In this document: in pieces, positions 19,984 through 29,930 of the stretch
How the letters are laid out: each line of letters begins with the position of its first letter
Numbering within the stretch: the stretch's first letter is position 1
Origin: an uncultured Bacteroidota bacterium
Lineage (GTDB): Bacteria > Bacteroidota > Bacteroidia > Chitinophagales > Chitinophagaceae
DNA: 64,000 nucleotides
Assembly: GCA_963782125.1 (NCBI GenBank)
Contig: CAWAID010000008.1
Span: 114,795 to 178,794 of the forward strand
Direction: 5' to 3'
Program-made: the position numbers and the translations under genes
Notes under the pieces: model-generated
Databases searched by the model: none
What the model was told of the DNA's origin: nothing
The model's input: the letters and a program-made list of their open reading frames with translations, nothing else

Positions 19984-19992
19984 GCACTTGTA

Positions 19993-20685
19993 ATGAGTCC
20001 CGTTGAGACTCACATCCGAATCCCGCATTTTCAACTTATGCAACATCATTTAACCTCAGAGGAAATCAACGCCTACGCCGAAAGCATGACCACGCCGGAG
20101 TCTGCCGCTCTTGCCGCGCTGAACCGGGAGACGAACGCGAAGGTGGAATTGCCCATCATGCTCAGCGGCCACCTACAGGGCGCAGCACTGGCCATGATGA
20201 GCCGGATGATTCGCCCGCGCAGAATTCTTGAGGTAGGCACCTACACCGGCTATTCGGCTATTTGCCTGGCACAAGGACTTACCGATGATGGTATCATGCA
20301 TACCATAGACATCAATGAAGAGCTGGCCGATATGCAGCAGCGCTACTGGCATGAGGCCGGTGTTGCAGATAAAATCAGGGCGCATGTAGGCAATGCAGGC
20401 GACATTATTCCAAAGCTTGATGAGACTTTTGACCTCATTTTCATTGATGCAGATAAGGTGAGCTACGGGCGCTATTATGATTTGGTTATTGAAAAAGTAC
20501 GGCCCGGCGGTTTTATCTTCGCCGACAACGTGCTGTATGATGCGGAGGTGATACTGCCCGAGAGCGAGCAGAGCAAAAACGCCAAAGCCATCCACGCGTT
20601 CAATCAGAAGATTAAAGACGACAGCCGGGTGACGCAGGTACTACTGCCCGTGCGGGATGGGATTTTAGTGATGCAGAAGAATTAA
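19993..20685 (+). CDS. Class I SAM-dependent O-methyltransferase (caffeoyl-CoA OMT-like)
   Basis: ILEVGTYTGYSAICLA SAM motif and FDLIFIDADK. Confidence 0.85.
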   Translation: MSPVETHIRIPHFQLMQHHLTSEEINAYAESMTTPESAALAALNRETNAKVELPIMLSGHLQGAALAMMSRMIRPRRILEVGTYTGYSAICLAQGLTDDGIMHTIDINEELADMQQRYWHEAGVADKIRAHVGNAGDIIPKLDETFDLIFIDADKVSYGRYYDLVIEKVRPGGFIFADNVLYDAEVILPESEQSKNAKAIHAFNQKIKDDSRVTQVLLPVRDGILVMQKN

Positions 20686-20860
20686 GCTGATTAAGATTGA
20701 AACAAGTAATCGCAGCGCGGGATATGCAATCCCGCACAACACGGTAGCGGATTTGTAATCCAAGCAAAGGAAAAGCTTAATAGACTGACAGCAGGTGAAA
20801 TGTGCGACGCAACGGAAGATGGGGAGCGAACGAAAGCCGGCTAACAAAAAATTACACACA

Positions 20861-21844
20861 ATGAAGCGACTCTTAATTCTGCTTGCAGCCTTGACTTCAT
20901 TGGCTGCGGGCGCACAGCGCAGGCCTTACAGCGAGCGTGCGGCGGAGTATGTACGCCTGCATAAGGATTGGGCGATTGCCGAGCAAAAGCGCTCCGGCGT
21001 ACCGGCGGCCATTACGCTTGCGCAGGGGCTGCACGAGACAGATGCCGGCGAGAGTGAGTTGGCAACAGTTGCGAACAATCACTTCGGCATCAAATGCAAG
21101 AAGGAATGGACGGGTGAGACATTTGACCATGACGATGATGCGCCCCAGGAATGCTTCCGCAAATACACATCCGCGCTGGAATCTTACAAAGACCACAGCA
21201 ATTATCTGAAGACCGCGAAGCGCTATGCAAGCTGCTTTGCGCTGGATGCTACAGATTATGCTGGATGGGCCCGTGAACTGCGTAAATGCGGCTACGCAAC
21301 TAATCCGATATATGCACAGAAACTGGTAAAGCTGATTGAGGACTATCATCTTCAGGATTATACTATTGCTGCCATAAGGCAGGCTGAAGCGCCACAAGTG
21401 TACATCGCATCAGCGGCAGCACCGGTGGCTGCGGCTATGATGGCGCACGAGAAGCGCCCAGGCGAGGTGGTGCCGGAGCACGACACGCCTGCCGAAGCGC
21501 GCGATTACGGGAAGGTGGTGAAGAAGGATGGCCTAAAGGGTTTTTGGGCGAAGGGCGGCGATGTGCTGCTGGAATACGCTATTCAATACAAGGTGCGCTA
21601 CGCCAAACTGCTGGAGATAAACGGCCTTCCTGATGCGCCACTGGCTGCCGACCAGTTTATCTATTTGGAAAAGGGCAGCGCGGTAGAGCGTATGATGGCG
21701 AAAGATATGAGCACGCCGGCCCGGGATGCTTCTGTAGCAGAAACTCCTGCGGCCGTTGTAGTAAACACGGCAACGTCAACCGCTCCCGCACTGCAACCTG
21801 CGCCGGTAACGACTCCGCCTGAAGGTGGCAACTTCGGCAAATGA
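20861..21844 (+). CDS. Glucosaminidase-domain (mannosyl-glycoprotein endo-beta-N-acetylglucosaminidase-like) protein
   Basis: Signal peptide then AIAEQKRSGVPAAITLAQGLHETDAG...NHFGIK. Start set at MKRLL (20861). Confidence 0.8.
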   Translation: MKRLLILLAALTSLAAGAQRRPYSERAAEYVRLHKDWAIAEQKRSGVPAAITLAQGLHETDAGESELATVANNHFGIKCKKEWTGETFDHDDDAPQECFRKYTSALESYKDHSNYLKTAKRYASCFALDATDYAGWARELRKCGYATNPIYAQKLVKLIEDYHLQDYTIAAIRQAEAPQVYIASAAAPVAAAMMAHEKRPGEVVPEHDTPAEARDYGKVVKKDGLKGFWAKGGDVLLEYAIQYKVRYAKLLEINGLPDAPLAADQFIYLEKGSAVERMMAKDMSTPARDASVAETPAAVVVNTATSTAPALQPAPVTTPPEGGNFGK

Positions 21845-22268
21845 TGCTACGGCTGCTACCGAGGCACGTCTGTTTGGCACGCCTAGTCCGACTCCATCTG
21901 CACCACCCGTTACTGCACCATCTGTAAGTGGCGAAAAGCCATTCAACATTGCGGATGAAAAGGCAGTGGAAGAGCAGAAACCGGCCGAGCCGCAGGATGA
22001 GTTTTCAAAGATGAAATCGCGCTTTGACAAGGTAGTTTACGCACCCGCGAAGCCCGCAGCCATAATAAGCCAGCCTTCTACGCCAGCACCTGCGCCGGAA
22101 AGAGTTTTGGCTGCCGCCAGTACGCCTTCCTTTCATATTGTGAAGGCGGGCGAGACTGCTTTCAGCATTGCAAAAGCAAATGGCATCACGATGCAGCAAT
22201 TAATGGACATGAATAAAATGAGTTTTGGTACGGCCATTAAGGTGGGGCAGAAGTTGCGGGTGAAATAG
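21825..22268 (+). CDS. LysM-domain protein; probable out-of-frame C-terminal continuation of the glucosaminidase
   Basis: C-terminal FHIVKAGETAFSIAKANGITMQQLMDMNK..VGQKLRV LysM. Overlaps the previous ORF by 20 nt in another frame. Confidence 0.6.
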   Translation: MATSANDATAATEARLFGTPSPTPSAPPVTAPSVSGEKPFNIADEKAVEEQKPAEPQDEFSKMKSRFDKVVYAPAKPAAIISQPSTPAPAPERVLAAASTPSFHIVKAGETAFSIAKANGITMQQLMDMNKMSFGTAIKVGQKLRVK

Positions 22269-22291
22269 GGTTTGATCAAACACAATTGTAG

Positions 22292-22320
22292 GAACGCGCC
22301 GCGGCGCGTTCTTTTATTTT
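22292..22320 (+). terminator. Rho-independent terminator
   Basis: gaacgcgccgcggcgcgttc hairpin followed by ttttatttttg. Confidence 0.7.
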
Positions 22321-22326
22321 TGCACC

Positions 22327-22872
22327 ATGCAGTCCGTAAAAGTTGCCGTTCACGACAAGACATTTGAGCCATACATCAGCCGGGAGCGGATAAATGCGCG
22401 GGTCGCGGAATTAGGCTTGGAAATCAGTCGCGATTACGATGGCAAGCGGCCGCTGATTATCGCCATCCTGAATGGCTCATTCATCTTTGCGGCAGACCTT
22501 TTTCGCGCGCTGACGGTGGAGGCAGAAATTTCTTTTATCAAGCTCGCTTCCTACAAAGGCACCTCATCTACCGGGCATGTGGTGACGGCAATAGGTATGG
22601 AGGAAAAGCTGAGCGGGCGGCATGTCATCATCCTGGAAGACATTGTGGATACCGGCAAGACGCTGCATTCCTTCCTGCCGGAAATTCTTGGGCGCGGGCC
22701 TGCTTCGCTGAAGATTGCAACTTTTCTTTCCAAGCCTGAAGCCTTACAGCATGATGTGAACGCGGATTATGTGGGCTTTGAAATCCCGAACAATTTTGTG
22801 GTGGGATATGGGCTGGATTATGACGGGCTGGGGCGGAATCTGCCGGAGCTTTATACATTGCAAAACCCGTAG
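22327..22872 (+). CDS. hpt: Hypoxanthine phosphoribosyltransferase
   Basis: VIILEDIVDTGKTL PRPP-binding motif; 181 aa. Confidence 0.9.
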   Translation: MQSVKVAVHDKTFEPYISRERINARVAELGLEISRDYDGKRPLIIAILNGSFIFAADLFRALTVEAEISFIKLASYKGTSSTGHVVTAIGMEEKLSGRHVIILEDIVDTGKTLHSFLPEILGRGPASLKIATFLSKPEALQHDVNADYVGFEIPNNFVVGYGLDYDGLGRNLPELYTLQNP

Positions 22873-22879
22873 CCAGTCG

Positions 22880-23719
22880 CTAAGGCGCCGGGTAGAATAT
22901 GTCTACAGTTGACCCATCTATCAACCCCGCCTCTGTTGCCTTTTGAAATAACACCTGAATTGCCCGCTCGCCTTCCGGGCCGAGGTCTTCCGTGTATTCG
23001 TTTACATAGAGGTTGATGTGCTGGCGCATGACGCCTTCATCCATTTCCTGCGCATTGCTTGTTACAAATTGTGGCAGCGAAGGGTAGTGCTTCCAGGCAT
23101 ATTGAACGCTTTTGCGGATAAGGCGATCCACCTCGGCTATTACGGAGACATCTAAATCTCTTCGTGCTACAATCCCGCCCAGTGGAATGGCTGCACCTGC
23201 AGTCTCCTCCCACCAATCGCCCATATCGCGGATGAGGTCAAGGCCCCGCTGGGCATAGGTAAACCGACTCTCATGGATGACGAGGCCCGCATCATATTCA
23301 CCACGTAAAACAGCATCTTCTATTTGGGAGAAAAGGACTTCAGTTTTGTTTGTTGCTTCTGGGTGAGCGAGTGTCAGAAGCAGATTGGCGGTGGTTGCCT
23401 TTCCTGGTATAGCAATGCGCATTTTTTCAAAGTCATTCCGCATTCGGCCCTCCGCATTCCGAATTAATAACGGTCCTACGCCTTTCCCTAAAGCGCTGCC
23501 GCTGTGGAGCAGGGCATATTGATGCACGTTGTGCAGGAAAGAATTGTAGGAAAGCTTCGTAAGCTGCAAGCGGCCTTCATCCGCCCAGCTGTTGAGCGTT
23601 TCTACATCTTCCAGCACATAGTCAAAAGAGAAGTTTCCGGTATCTATTTTTTTATTGACAAGAGCGTCAAAAATAAAAGTGTCATTGGGACACGGCGAGA
23701 AACCAAGGCTGATGCGCAT
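22880..23719 (-). CDS. mqnD: 1,4-dihydroxy-6-naphthoate synthase (futalosine-pathway menaquinone biosynthesis)
   Basis: MRISLGFSPCPNDTFIFDAL N-terminus typical of MqnD. Confidence 0.8.
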   Translation of the reverse strand: MRISLGFSPCPNDTFIFDALVNKKIDTGNFSFDYVLEDVETLNSWADEGRLQLTKLSYNSFLHNVHQYALLHSGSALGKGVGPLLIRNAEGRMRNDFEKMRIAIPGKATTANLLLTLAHPEATNKTEVLFSQIEDAVLRGEYDAGLVIHESRFTYAQRGLDLIRDMGDWWEETAGAAIPLGGIVARRDLDVSVIAEVDRLIRKSVQYAWKHYPSLPQFVTSNAQEMDEGVMRQHINLYVNEYTEDLGPEGERAIQVLFQKATEAGLIDGSTVDIFYPAP

Positions 23720-23722
23720 GGT

Positions 23723-24403
23723 TCAAAGTTCTACCAAAGGCTTGAGCCAATCCAGCAATTGCTCATTGAGCGCATTGATAGCGTCTTTAATTTTCCATGA
23801 ATCGCGATTGCGGCGAGTGACATAGTTGGATATTGCACGGAGCTGCAGGAAGGGAGTACCGCGTTTGAGGCATACGTAATGAAGCGCCGCGCCTTCCATG
23901 CTTTCCACGTTCGCTCCATAATGTGCTGTGCGCCATGCGATGGTCGGCTCATGGCCAGACACTTTATTGACCGTAAGCCCTGCCACTTTTTTCAGGTGGT
24001 TAATGGGGAATGGTGGGGTGACTAATGCATTATGCATCAGCCGATGTACATAAGGCGATCGGTTTGCTTTCACGAGTTCCATGGAGAAAGCGTCCAGAAA
24101 TTCCTCGCCGTCTTCGGCGCCGAAATCGGCCACCTGCTCCGTTTCCACGACTACACAATCGCAAAGCTCAAGTTCGCGTGAGAAAGCGCCTGCTATACCG
24201 GCACCGAGCACAAAATCCCAATTACTGCTGCAAAGCGCTGCTGTAAGCTCATAGGTTGCAGCCAGCATGCCTACGCCTGTGATGCAAGCGCCTATGGCGT
24301 TGCGGCTGCCCGCAGGTTGCGAGCGGCTTTGCAGCCAGTCACGCGTAGGCTTGAGCTCGGCTTCGGTAGCTGCGGCAAGCAATATCCTCATAGAGAGATG
24401 CAA
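23723..24403 (-). CDS. mqnB: Futalosine hydrolase (MTA/SAH nucleosidase family)
   Basis: Nucleosidase-like MRILLAAATEAE...; adjacent to mqnD. Confidence 0.7.
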   Translation of the reverse strand: MHLSMRILLAAATEAELKPTRDWLQSRSQPAGSRNAIGACITGVGMLAATYELTAALCSSNWDFVLGAGIAGAFSRELELCDCVVVETEQVADFGAEDGEEFLDAFSMELVKANRSPYVHRLMHNALVTPPFPINHLKKVAGLTVNKVSGHEPTIAWRTAHYGANVESMEGAALHYVCLKRGTPFLQLRAISNYVTRRNRDSWKIKDAINALNEQLLDWLKPLVEL

Positions 24404-24486
24404 GTTGGCAATTTCGCCTGAGAGGGGCTGTTAAAGCTAACTTTGTGGCGCAGCGTCCTCTTTGAAGGCGTTTCAATTAAGAGACT

Positions 24487-24826
24487 ATGGTATATCTGAC
24501 GCGCGTGGAGCACTTTAATGCCGCGCATAAGCTGAGTAATCCCGCTTGGGACGCGGACACACAACCGCGAAGTGTTTGGCAAATGTGCTAATGAAAACTG
24601 GCATGGACATAACTATGAGCTGCATGTAACGGTAAAAGGCGAGCCAAATGCGGAAACAGGTTTTGTATTTAATGCCAAGACCCTTGGCGATGTAATGAAG
24701 GATGTGGTAGTAGAAGCCGTAGACCACAAGAACCTGAACATAGACGTGCCGTGGATGACAGGGAAGTTTACGAGCGCGGAGAATTTTGCCATCGGCATCT
24801 GGGAGCAATTGACAGCCGCATGTTGA
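24487..24826 (+). pseudogene. queD: 6-carboxy-5,6,7,8-tetrahydropterin synthase QueD, apparent +1 frameshift near 24545
   Basis: Frame 1 gives MVYLTRVEHFNAAHKLSNPAW then a stop. Frame 2 continues NREVFGKCANENWHGHNYEL to the end. The junction lies at an acacacaa tract. Confidence 0.65.
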
Positions 24827-24954
24827 ACAGGCGGGTGCACTCATGCATTGCGTGAAACTGTACGAGACGCCGCGCATTTATGTAGAATATTATGGCGGTG
24901 AACTGACGTACCCGACAACCAACATTCATAACACCTAACCTTAATCTAACCGAT

Positions 24955-25593
24955 TTGTCTTACAAGCGCACCGAAGAATACTGCGACGATGCCATGCAAT
25001 CTATGATGGATTGCTACCGTTCTATCATTCAGAATGTTGGAGAAGATCCAGAGCGTGAAGGCCTGCTAAAAACACCGGAGCGGGTAGCTAAAGCCATGCA
25101 GTTTATCACGCAGGGCTATAAGATGAGCGCTGCCGAAATACTGAAGAGCGCTAAATTTCATGAGAGCTACAGCGAGATGGTGATTGTAAAGGATATTGAG
25201 CTATACTCGCTTTGTGAGCACCATATGCTGCCTTTTTTTGGTAAGGCGCATGTCGCTTACATCCCGAACGGCTGGATTACCGGCCTTTCCAAGTTGGCAC
25301 GCGTGGTGGATGTGTTTGCCCGCCGCCTGCAGGTACAGGAGCGCATGACGCACCAGATATTGGATGCCATTCAGGAATCGCTAAATCCCCTCGGCGTGGC
25401 GGTCGTCATAGAGGCGCAGCATCTTTGTATGATGATGCGTGGCGTACAGAAGCAGAATAGCGTAACGACGACTTCTGCATTTAGCGGCGAGTTTCAGAAT
25501 CATGTAACGCGGAGTGAGTTTTTGACGACTTATTTCTGCAAGTCTGCGATAATAGTTTTCAGCCTATTTTCGCATTCCGAGTTCGGGACGTAG
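24955..25593 (+). CDS. folE: GTP cyclohydrolase I
   Basis: [18 protein letters not shown] and [15 protein letters not shown] motifs. Confidence 0.9.
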   Translation: MSYKRTEEYCDDAMQSMMDCYRSIIQNVGEDPEREGLLKTPERVAKAMQFITQGYKMSAAEILKSAKFHESYSEMVIVKDIELYSLCEHHMLPFFGKAHVAYIPNGWITGLSKLARVVDVFARRLQVQERMTHQILDAIQESLNPLGVAVVIEAQHLCMMMRGVQKQNSVTTTSAFSGEFQNHVTRSEFLTTYFCKSAIIVFSLFSHSEFGT

Positions 25594-25657
25594 CGCAGCC
25601 CGGTAGCGCACTTGCATGGGGTGCAAGGGGTCGCTAGTTCGAATCTAGTCGTCCCGA
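25584..25657 (+). tRNA. tRNA-Pro (anticodon GGG)
   Basis: Cloverleaf by eye: acceptor CGGGACG/CGTCCCG, D arm GCGC..GCGC, anticodon stem CTTGC/GCAAG with loop ATGGGGT, T arm GCTAG-TTCGAAT-CTAGT. Confidence 0.75.
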
Positions 25658-25670
25658 CACAATACCAGAG

Positions 25671-25700
25671 CGGCTTCCAGCGATTGGAAGCCGTTTTTGT
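25671..25700 (+). terminator. Rho-independent terminator after tRNA-Pro
   Basis: ggcttccagcgattggaagcc hairpin followed by gtttttgtttt. Confidence 0.6.
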
Positions 25701-25867
25701 TTTAGGGGCGGTTTAAACATGGTTTAAACAATTCAAGAAGCCCTTCCTCTTACTCGTCAAGCTTAATAACCCACTTATTTCAACTATTCTATTTCTGCAG
25801 TGCAACCTAAAATTAGATCCGCAGAGGTTGCGGGTTCGAAGTACCGTCCAGTCCACAGACCATGAAA

Positions 25868-25898
25868 ACCGCGCTGGGCGCGGGTCTTATTTTTTAAC
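25868..25898 (+). terminator. Rho-independent terminator
   Basis: ccgcgctgggcgcgg hairpin followed by tcttatttttt. Confidence 0.6.
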
Positions 25899-26036
25899 CT
25901 GACGAGAATGTTGAACTCTTTGCTATTATTGATTGGTGAGGATGCCTATCGCCAATTTTAGAAAATTTCAGGAAAATATCTTACCTCATTTCTATATTTT
26001 TCCGTTATTTGCCTTTTTATTGCAAAATCGCAAAAA

Positions 26037-27316
26037 ATGGTTCTTGAATTCTCGATGGGTAATTTCCGGTCGTTCAATCAAATCCAGAAGCTGGATTTTA
26101 CTGCGACTAAACTCGTATCCGAGGACAAGGAAGTTGATGCTAGGAATATTGTCGAAGAATTGGGAACTAGAGTCCTAAAGACTATTGCTATTTATGGCCC
26201 AAACGGAAGTGGAAAATCAAATCTAATAAAGGGATTCTCGACTTTTAGAGACTTAGTTGATCGTTCGTTAGAATCGGAAGCAATAATGACTTTTGCGGCT
26301 GATCCATTCCGACTTTGTAGCGCCGAACCAGACAATGCCGGTTTTTACCAAATTCTTTTGTTGATTGAGACAAAAAAATACCGCTATGGATTTACGCTAA
26401 CGCCGAGTGGCTCGTACAGCAAGAGTGGTTATTTGGTCCAGCTGAAAAAAATGAGACATGGTATTTCAAGCGTAATGGACAAGATGTAAGATCTAATGAG
26501 GAATGGTTTACCGAAGGGGTTAACTTGCCCATTTCCAAATTGCGTGATAATACTCTGTTTATAACCTTTGTATCGGCGTATGACGGTACTATCTCCAGTT
26601 CAATCAGAAGTTTTTTAGCTAACAAAATCACAATTGAACAAGTTGATTTCTTTAGAAGTTCATTGGATAGGAAGAAGAAGAGGTTGTCATATAATCCAAA
26701 TAAGGTCACTAATGACCTTTATCGCTCACTAGGAAAAGAGGTCGTCTTAAAGTGGCTGGGGTATGGGGGACTGACATATAGTGGAGTTAGTATAGATGAT
26801 AGTTCAGAAGATGAAGAACGGGTACTTTTAGAGAAAAATATTTATGATAAGGAGGGGCGCATAAATGGTAAAACGCTGATGTCCCTTAGAGAGAATGAGT
26901 CCGCAGGAACTAACAAATTCTATTCATACATAGGATGGATATACAAAAAATTTGAGGAGGGCGGGCTGTTCATTTCAGATGAAATAGATAATAATTTTCA
27001 TCCTTCGCTTTTAAGACGACTGATAAATTTCTTTAACGATAAAGAGATTAATACTGCAAACGCGCAACTTCTTTTTACTAGCCATGACACAACATTGATG
27101 CAGCCCAATACCCTTCGACGTGATCAGATCTATTTCACGGAAAAATCTTCGAAGGAAGAATCGGTTCTTTATTCACTTTCGGATTTGAAAGGAATAAGAA
27201 ACAATGCCGATTTTGCGCGTCAGTATTTAGCCGGGTTTTACGGAGCAATCCCCATTTTAGAGGGGTATAGAGAGATGAGCAATCCTGATCTTGAATTCAA
27301 ATCTAAGCCAGAATAA
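26037..27316 (+). pseudogene. AAA_21-type ATPase (AbiLi/RloA-like abortive-infection ATPase), frameshifted near 26400
   Basis: Walker A GPNGSGKSN. Frame 0 is good through YRYGFTL and frame 2 from EWLVQQEWLF onward. Walker B LFISDEIDNNFH sits in the second part. Confidence 0.7.
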
Positions 27317-27318
27317 AT

Positions 27319-28062
27319 ATGCAGGACGCTTGGGATTTGCAGCCTCCGGTTGTACGCGAAGTGGATGAAACTGAAACCTTTATTTTGTTTGGAGAGGACG
27401 AGGTAAATGAACCGTCATATTTTCTTGATCTGCAAGTAGAAAAAAAAGTAAAAATTAATTTCGTCGAAGACCAAAAAAGCGGTTTCCAGAATTATGTAAA
27501 TGCGGTTGCCTACTGCTTGAACAATGGCCTCATGGAAACGGTTAACAACGTCACCGCCTTAAAGGCGGGGATTACCCAACATATTTGGTGTGTTTATGAC
27601 AGAGATTGTGAAGAGGAAAATTTTCAGAACATTCCGGCTGCGAAAAATCACACATTTGATTTAGCAATCCAATCTGGGCTGGCATCAGGTTTGAAAGTTG
27701 CATGGAGCAATGACGTATTTGAACTTTGGATTTTACTACATTTTGAAGATGTAACTCCAGGAGTCTGGCGACATAGAACGTATGTCTATGACCGTTTGAC
27801 CCAGATTTTTCGTGATTTGCCCAATCAGACAGAAGAAATGGCCCAAGAAACTTCTAAGCCACGCTTTAATTACAAAGGCTGGATGAAGCGCAAGAAGAAT
27901 TTTATTCTCTTTGTGCGGCCATTACTTAAAGAAAGACGGGCAGATGCTATCCAGAGAGCCAATCAGTTAGAAGCAGCCTTTCCTGCCAATGCTGATTTTC
28001 ACAAGCGTAATCCATGTACGCAAATTCATCATTTGGTTCAGAGTATAATGTCTTTCTACTAA
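27319..28062 (+). CDS. RloB-like (AbiLii-like) protein
   Basis: N-terminal TFILFGEDEVNEPSYFLDL resembles the RloB motif ilvcEGekTEpnYF; follows the AAA_21 ATPase directly. Confidence 0.55.
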   Translation: MQDAWDLQPPVVREVDETETFILFGEDEVNEPSYFLDLQVEKKVKINFVEDQKSGFQNYVNAVAYCLNNGLMETVNNVTALKAGITQHIWCVYDRDCEEENFQNIPAAKNHTFDLAIQSGLASGLKVAWSNDVFELWILLHFEDVTPGVWRHRTYVYDRLTQIFRDLPNQTEEMAQETSKPRFNYKGWMKRKKNFILFVRPLLKERRADAIQRANQLEAAFPANADFHKRNPCTQIHHLVQSIMSFY

Positions 28063-28167
28063 TAGATTCAGTCTAAATCCTTTTTCAAAAATTGTTGAAC
28101 AACTTTTATTGCCTGAAAAAATTCAAGCAGCGAGTTGACATTTTGTCCGCTGGCTCCGCCACATTAA

Positions 28168-28200
28168 CAAAACCTGCGTTTAGCGCAGGTTTTGTCGTTG
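28168..28200. terminator. Bidirectional hairpin aaaacctgcg-ttta-cgcaggtttt
   Basis: Perfect 10-bp stem flanked by an A-run and a T-run. Confidence 0.5.
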
Positions 28201-28249
28201 AAATGTCCCCTCTGTTCCAATTGAAGTGAGACATCGTTATTGTTGGATA

Positions 28250-28286
28250 TTATCCACGAAATACTTAATTTAGTCGGAAATATCCA
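28250..28286. promoter_or_regulatory. Inverted repeat TTGGATATT-N19-AATATCCAA immediately upstream of hipB (operator candidate)
   Basis: 9-bp arms with a GGATA/TATCC core reminiscent of HipB operators; ends 3 nt before the hipB ATG. Confidence 0.45.
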
Positions 28287-28288
28287 AC

Positions 28289-28582
28289 ATGAAAAGCAAA
28301 AAGGCTATTGTCTTTCCTGCACACATGAAGCTGTTGCAGCAAATGGGGGAAAATATCAAGCTGGCAAGAAAGCGCCGCAAGCTAACCAGCGTGCAAGTTG
28401 CTGAAAGAGCGGCCATCAATCGCTCAACACTGGTAGAAATTGAAAAGGGAAATCCAAGTGTTTCTATGGGAGCCTATTTCAACACATTGCGCGTGTTTAG
28501 ATTGCAAAACGATATTCTCAAACTGGCCGCTGACGATGAATACGGAAGGAAACTCCAGGACCTCGCTCTAATTGCTAAGTGA
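28289..28582 (+). CDS. hipB: HipB-like XRE-family HTH antitoxin
   Basis: LTSVQVAERAAINRSTLVEIEKGNPSVSMGAY HTH_XRE; overlaps the hipA start. Confidence 0.8.
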   Translation: MKSKKAIVFPAHMKLLQQMGENIKLARKRRKLTSVQVAERAAINRSTLVEIEKGNPSVSMGAYFNTLRVFRLQNDILKLAADDEYGRKLQDLALIAK

Positions 28583-29835
28583 TGGCGTCAAAGAAGACCG
28601 ACATATTTGTCTATGCCGACTGGATAGGCTTGAGTGAGCCTACGCTTATTGGCATTCTTTCTGCTCAGCAAGCTAAAAGCAGAAAGGCATTCAGCTTTGC
28701 CTATGATAAAAGCTGGATTCAGTCAGATGCGCAACGATTGCTTGACCCGGATATCCAATGGTTCACCGGTGCGCAGCATCCGGCGGGAAAGGAGAATTTC
28801 GGTGTTTTCATGGATTCCATGCCGGATACATGGGGGCGGAAACTGATGCTGCGCAGAGCCGCACTGCAGGCGGCTGCCGAAAGTAAACCGGCTCTAAGCC
28901 TCTATGATATAGATTTTCTTCTCGGAGTCTTTGATGAAACCAGGATGGGCGCACTGCGCTTTAAGTTGAAGCCCGATGGGCCATTTTTGGATAACAACCC
29001 CTCACTCCCAACTCCGCCATGGTCTACCATCCGGGAATTGCAATATGCCGCGGCAGCCGTTGAATCTGATAAAGAGTCTGCGGAAATCGCGAAATACATG
29101 GCTATCCTGATTGCACCCGGCTCATCACTTGGCGGAGCACGACCGAAGGCCAATATCCTGGACGATGATGGAGCCTTCTGGATAGCCAAGTTTCCGGCAA
29201 GGGCCGACATTACCGATAAAGCAGCTTGGGAATACCTCGCATACAAGCTAGCAGTGCAAGTGGGCATCAATATGTCTGAGTGCCGTCTTCAGCAGATCAG
29301 CGGACCATATCAGACATTTTTTACCAAGCGCTTCGACAGGCAAGGAAGAGAGCGCATCCACTTTGCGTCCGCGATGACTATGACCGGGAATAATGAAGAC
29401 CTGCTTAAGGATAATCCCGCGAGCTATCTGGACATTGCTTTGTTCATTCAAACTTATGGTTGCAAGATCACTGAAGACCTGCGACAGCTATGGCGCAGAA
29501 TTGTGTTCAACATAGCCATTTCGAACACAGATGATCACCTAAGAAATCATGGCTTTATACTTACGGACAACGGCTGGCGTTTGTCCCCGGCTTATGATAT
29601 CAATCCTTCTACATACAAATCAGGTCTGCAGATCAGCATTGATACAGATAACAATGCACTTGATTTTGAGTTGGCAAAATCCGTTGGTGCTTATTTTCAG
29701 CTTTCCAGCGATGAGATGAACGTAATTATCTCAGAAGTATTCGAAGCAGTAAAGAACTGGAAAAGCATCGCCGCAGAAATTGGTATTGCAAGAAATGAAA
29801 TCGAACAGATGTCAGCGGCTTTTTACGTTGCTTAA
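28579..29835 (+). CDS. hipA: HipA-family serine/threonine kinase toxin
   Basis: HipA N-terminal region, SLGGARPKANI and ISNTDDHLRNHGF catalytic motifs. Confidence 0.85.
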   Translation: MMASKKTDIFVYADWIGLSEPTLIGILSAQQAKSRKAFSFAYDKSWIQSDAQRLLDPDIQWFTGAQHPAGKENFGVFMDSMPDTWGRKLMLRRAALQAAAESKPALSLYDIDFLLGVFDETRMGALRFKLKPDGPFLDNNPSLPTPPWSTIRELQYAAAAVESDKESAEIAKYMAILIAPGSSLGGARPKANILDDDGAFWIAKFPARADITDKAAWEYLAYKLAVQVGINMSECRLQQISGPYQTFFTKRFDRQGRERIHFASAMTMTGNNEDLLKDNPASYLDIALFIQTYGCKITEDLRQLWRRIVFNIAISNTDDHLRNHGFILTDNGWRLSPAYDINPSTYKSGLQISIDTDNNALDFELAKSVGAYFQLSSDEMNVIISEVFEAVKNWKSIAAEIGIARNEIEQMSAAFYVA

Positions 29836-29930
29836 GGAACAGGGCATTCGGTTTCGACAGTTGACCAGCTTCTGAAAAATCGTGGATTGATCGTGTGTTA
29901 TTAAGTCATTTCCAGTTCACGTCCTTACCA

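Noticed and set aside
24515-24877. 120-aa minus-strand ORF across queD
   Set aside because: Antisense to the well-supported (though frameshifted) queD coding sequence.
25801-25860. tRNA-like stretch gcagaggttgcgggttcgaagtaccgtccagtcca
   Set aside because: It contains a TTCGAAG T-loop-like motif, but I could not form a T-stem or acceptor stem. It is most likely unstructured leader sequence ahead of the terminator at 25868.
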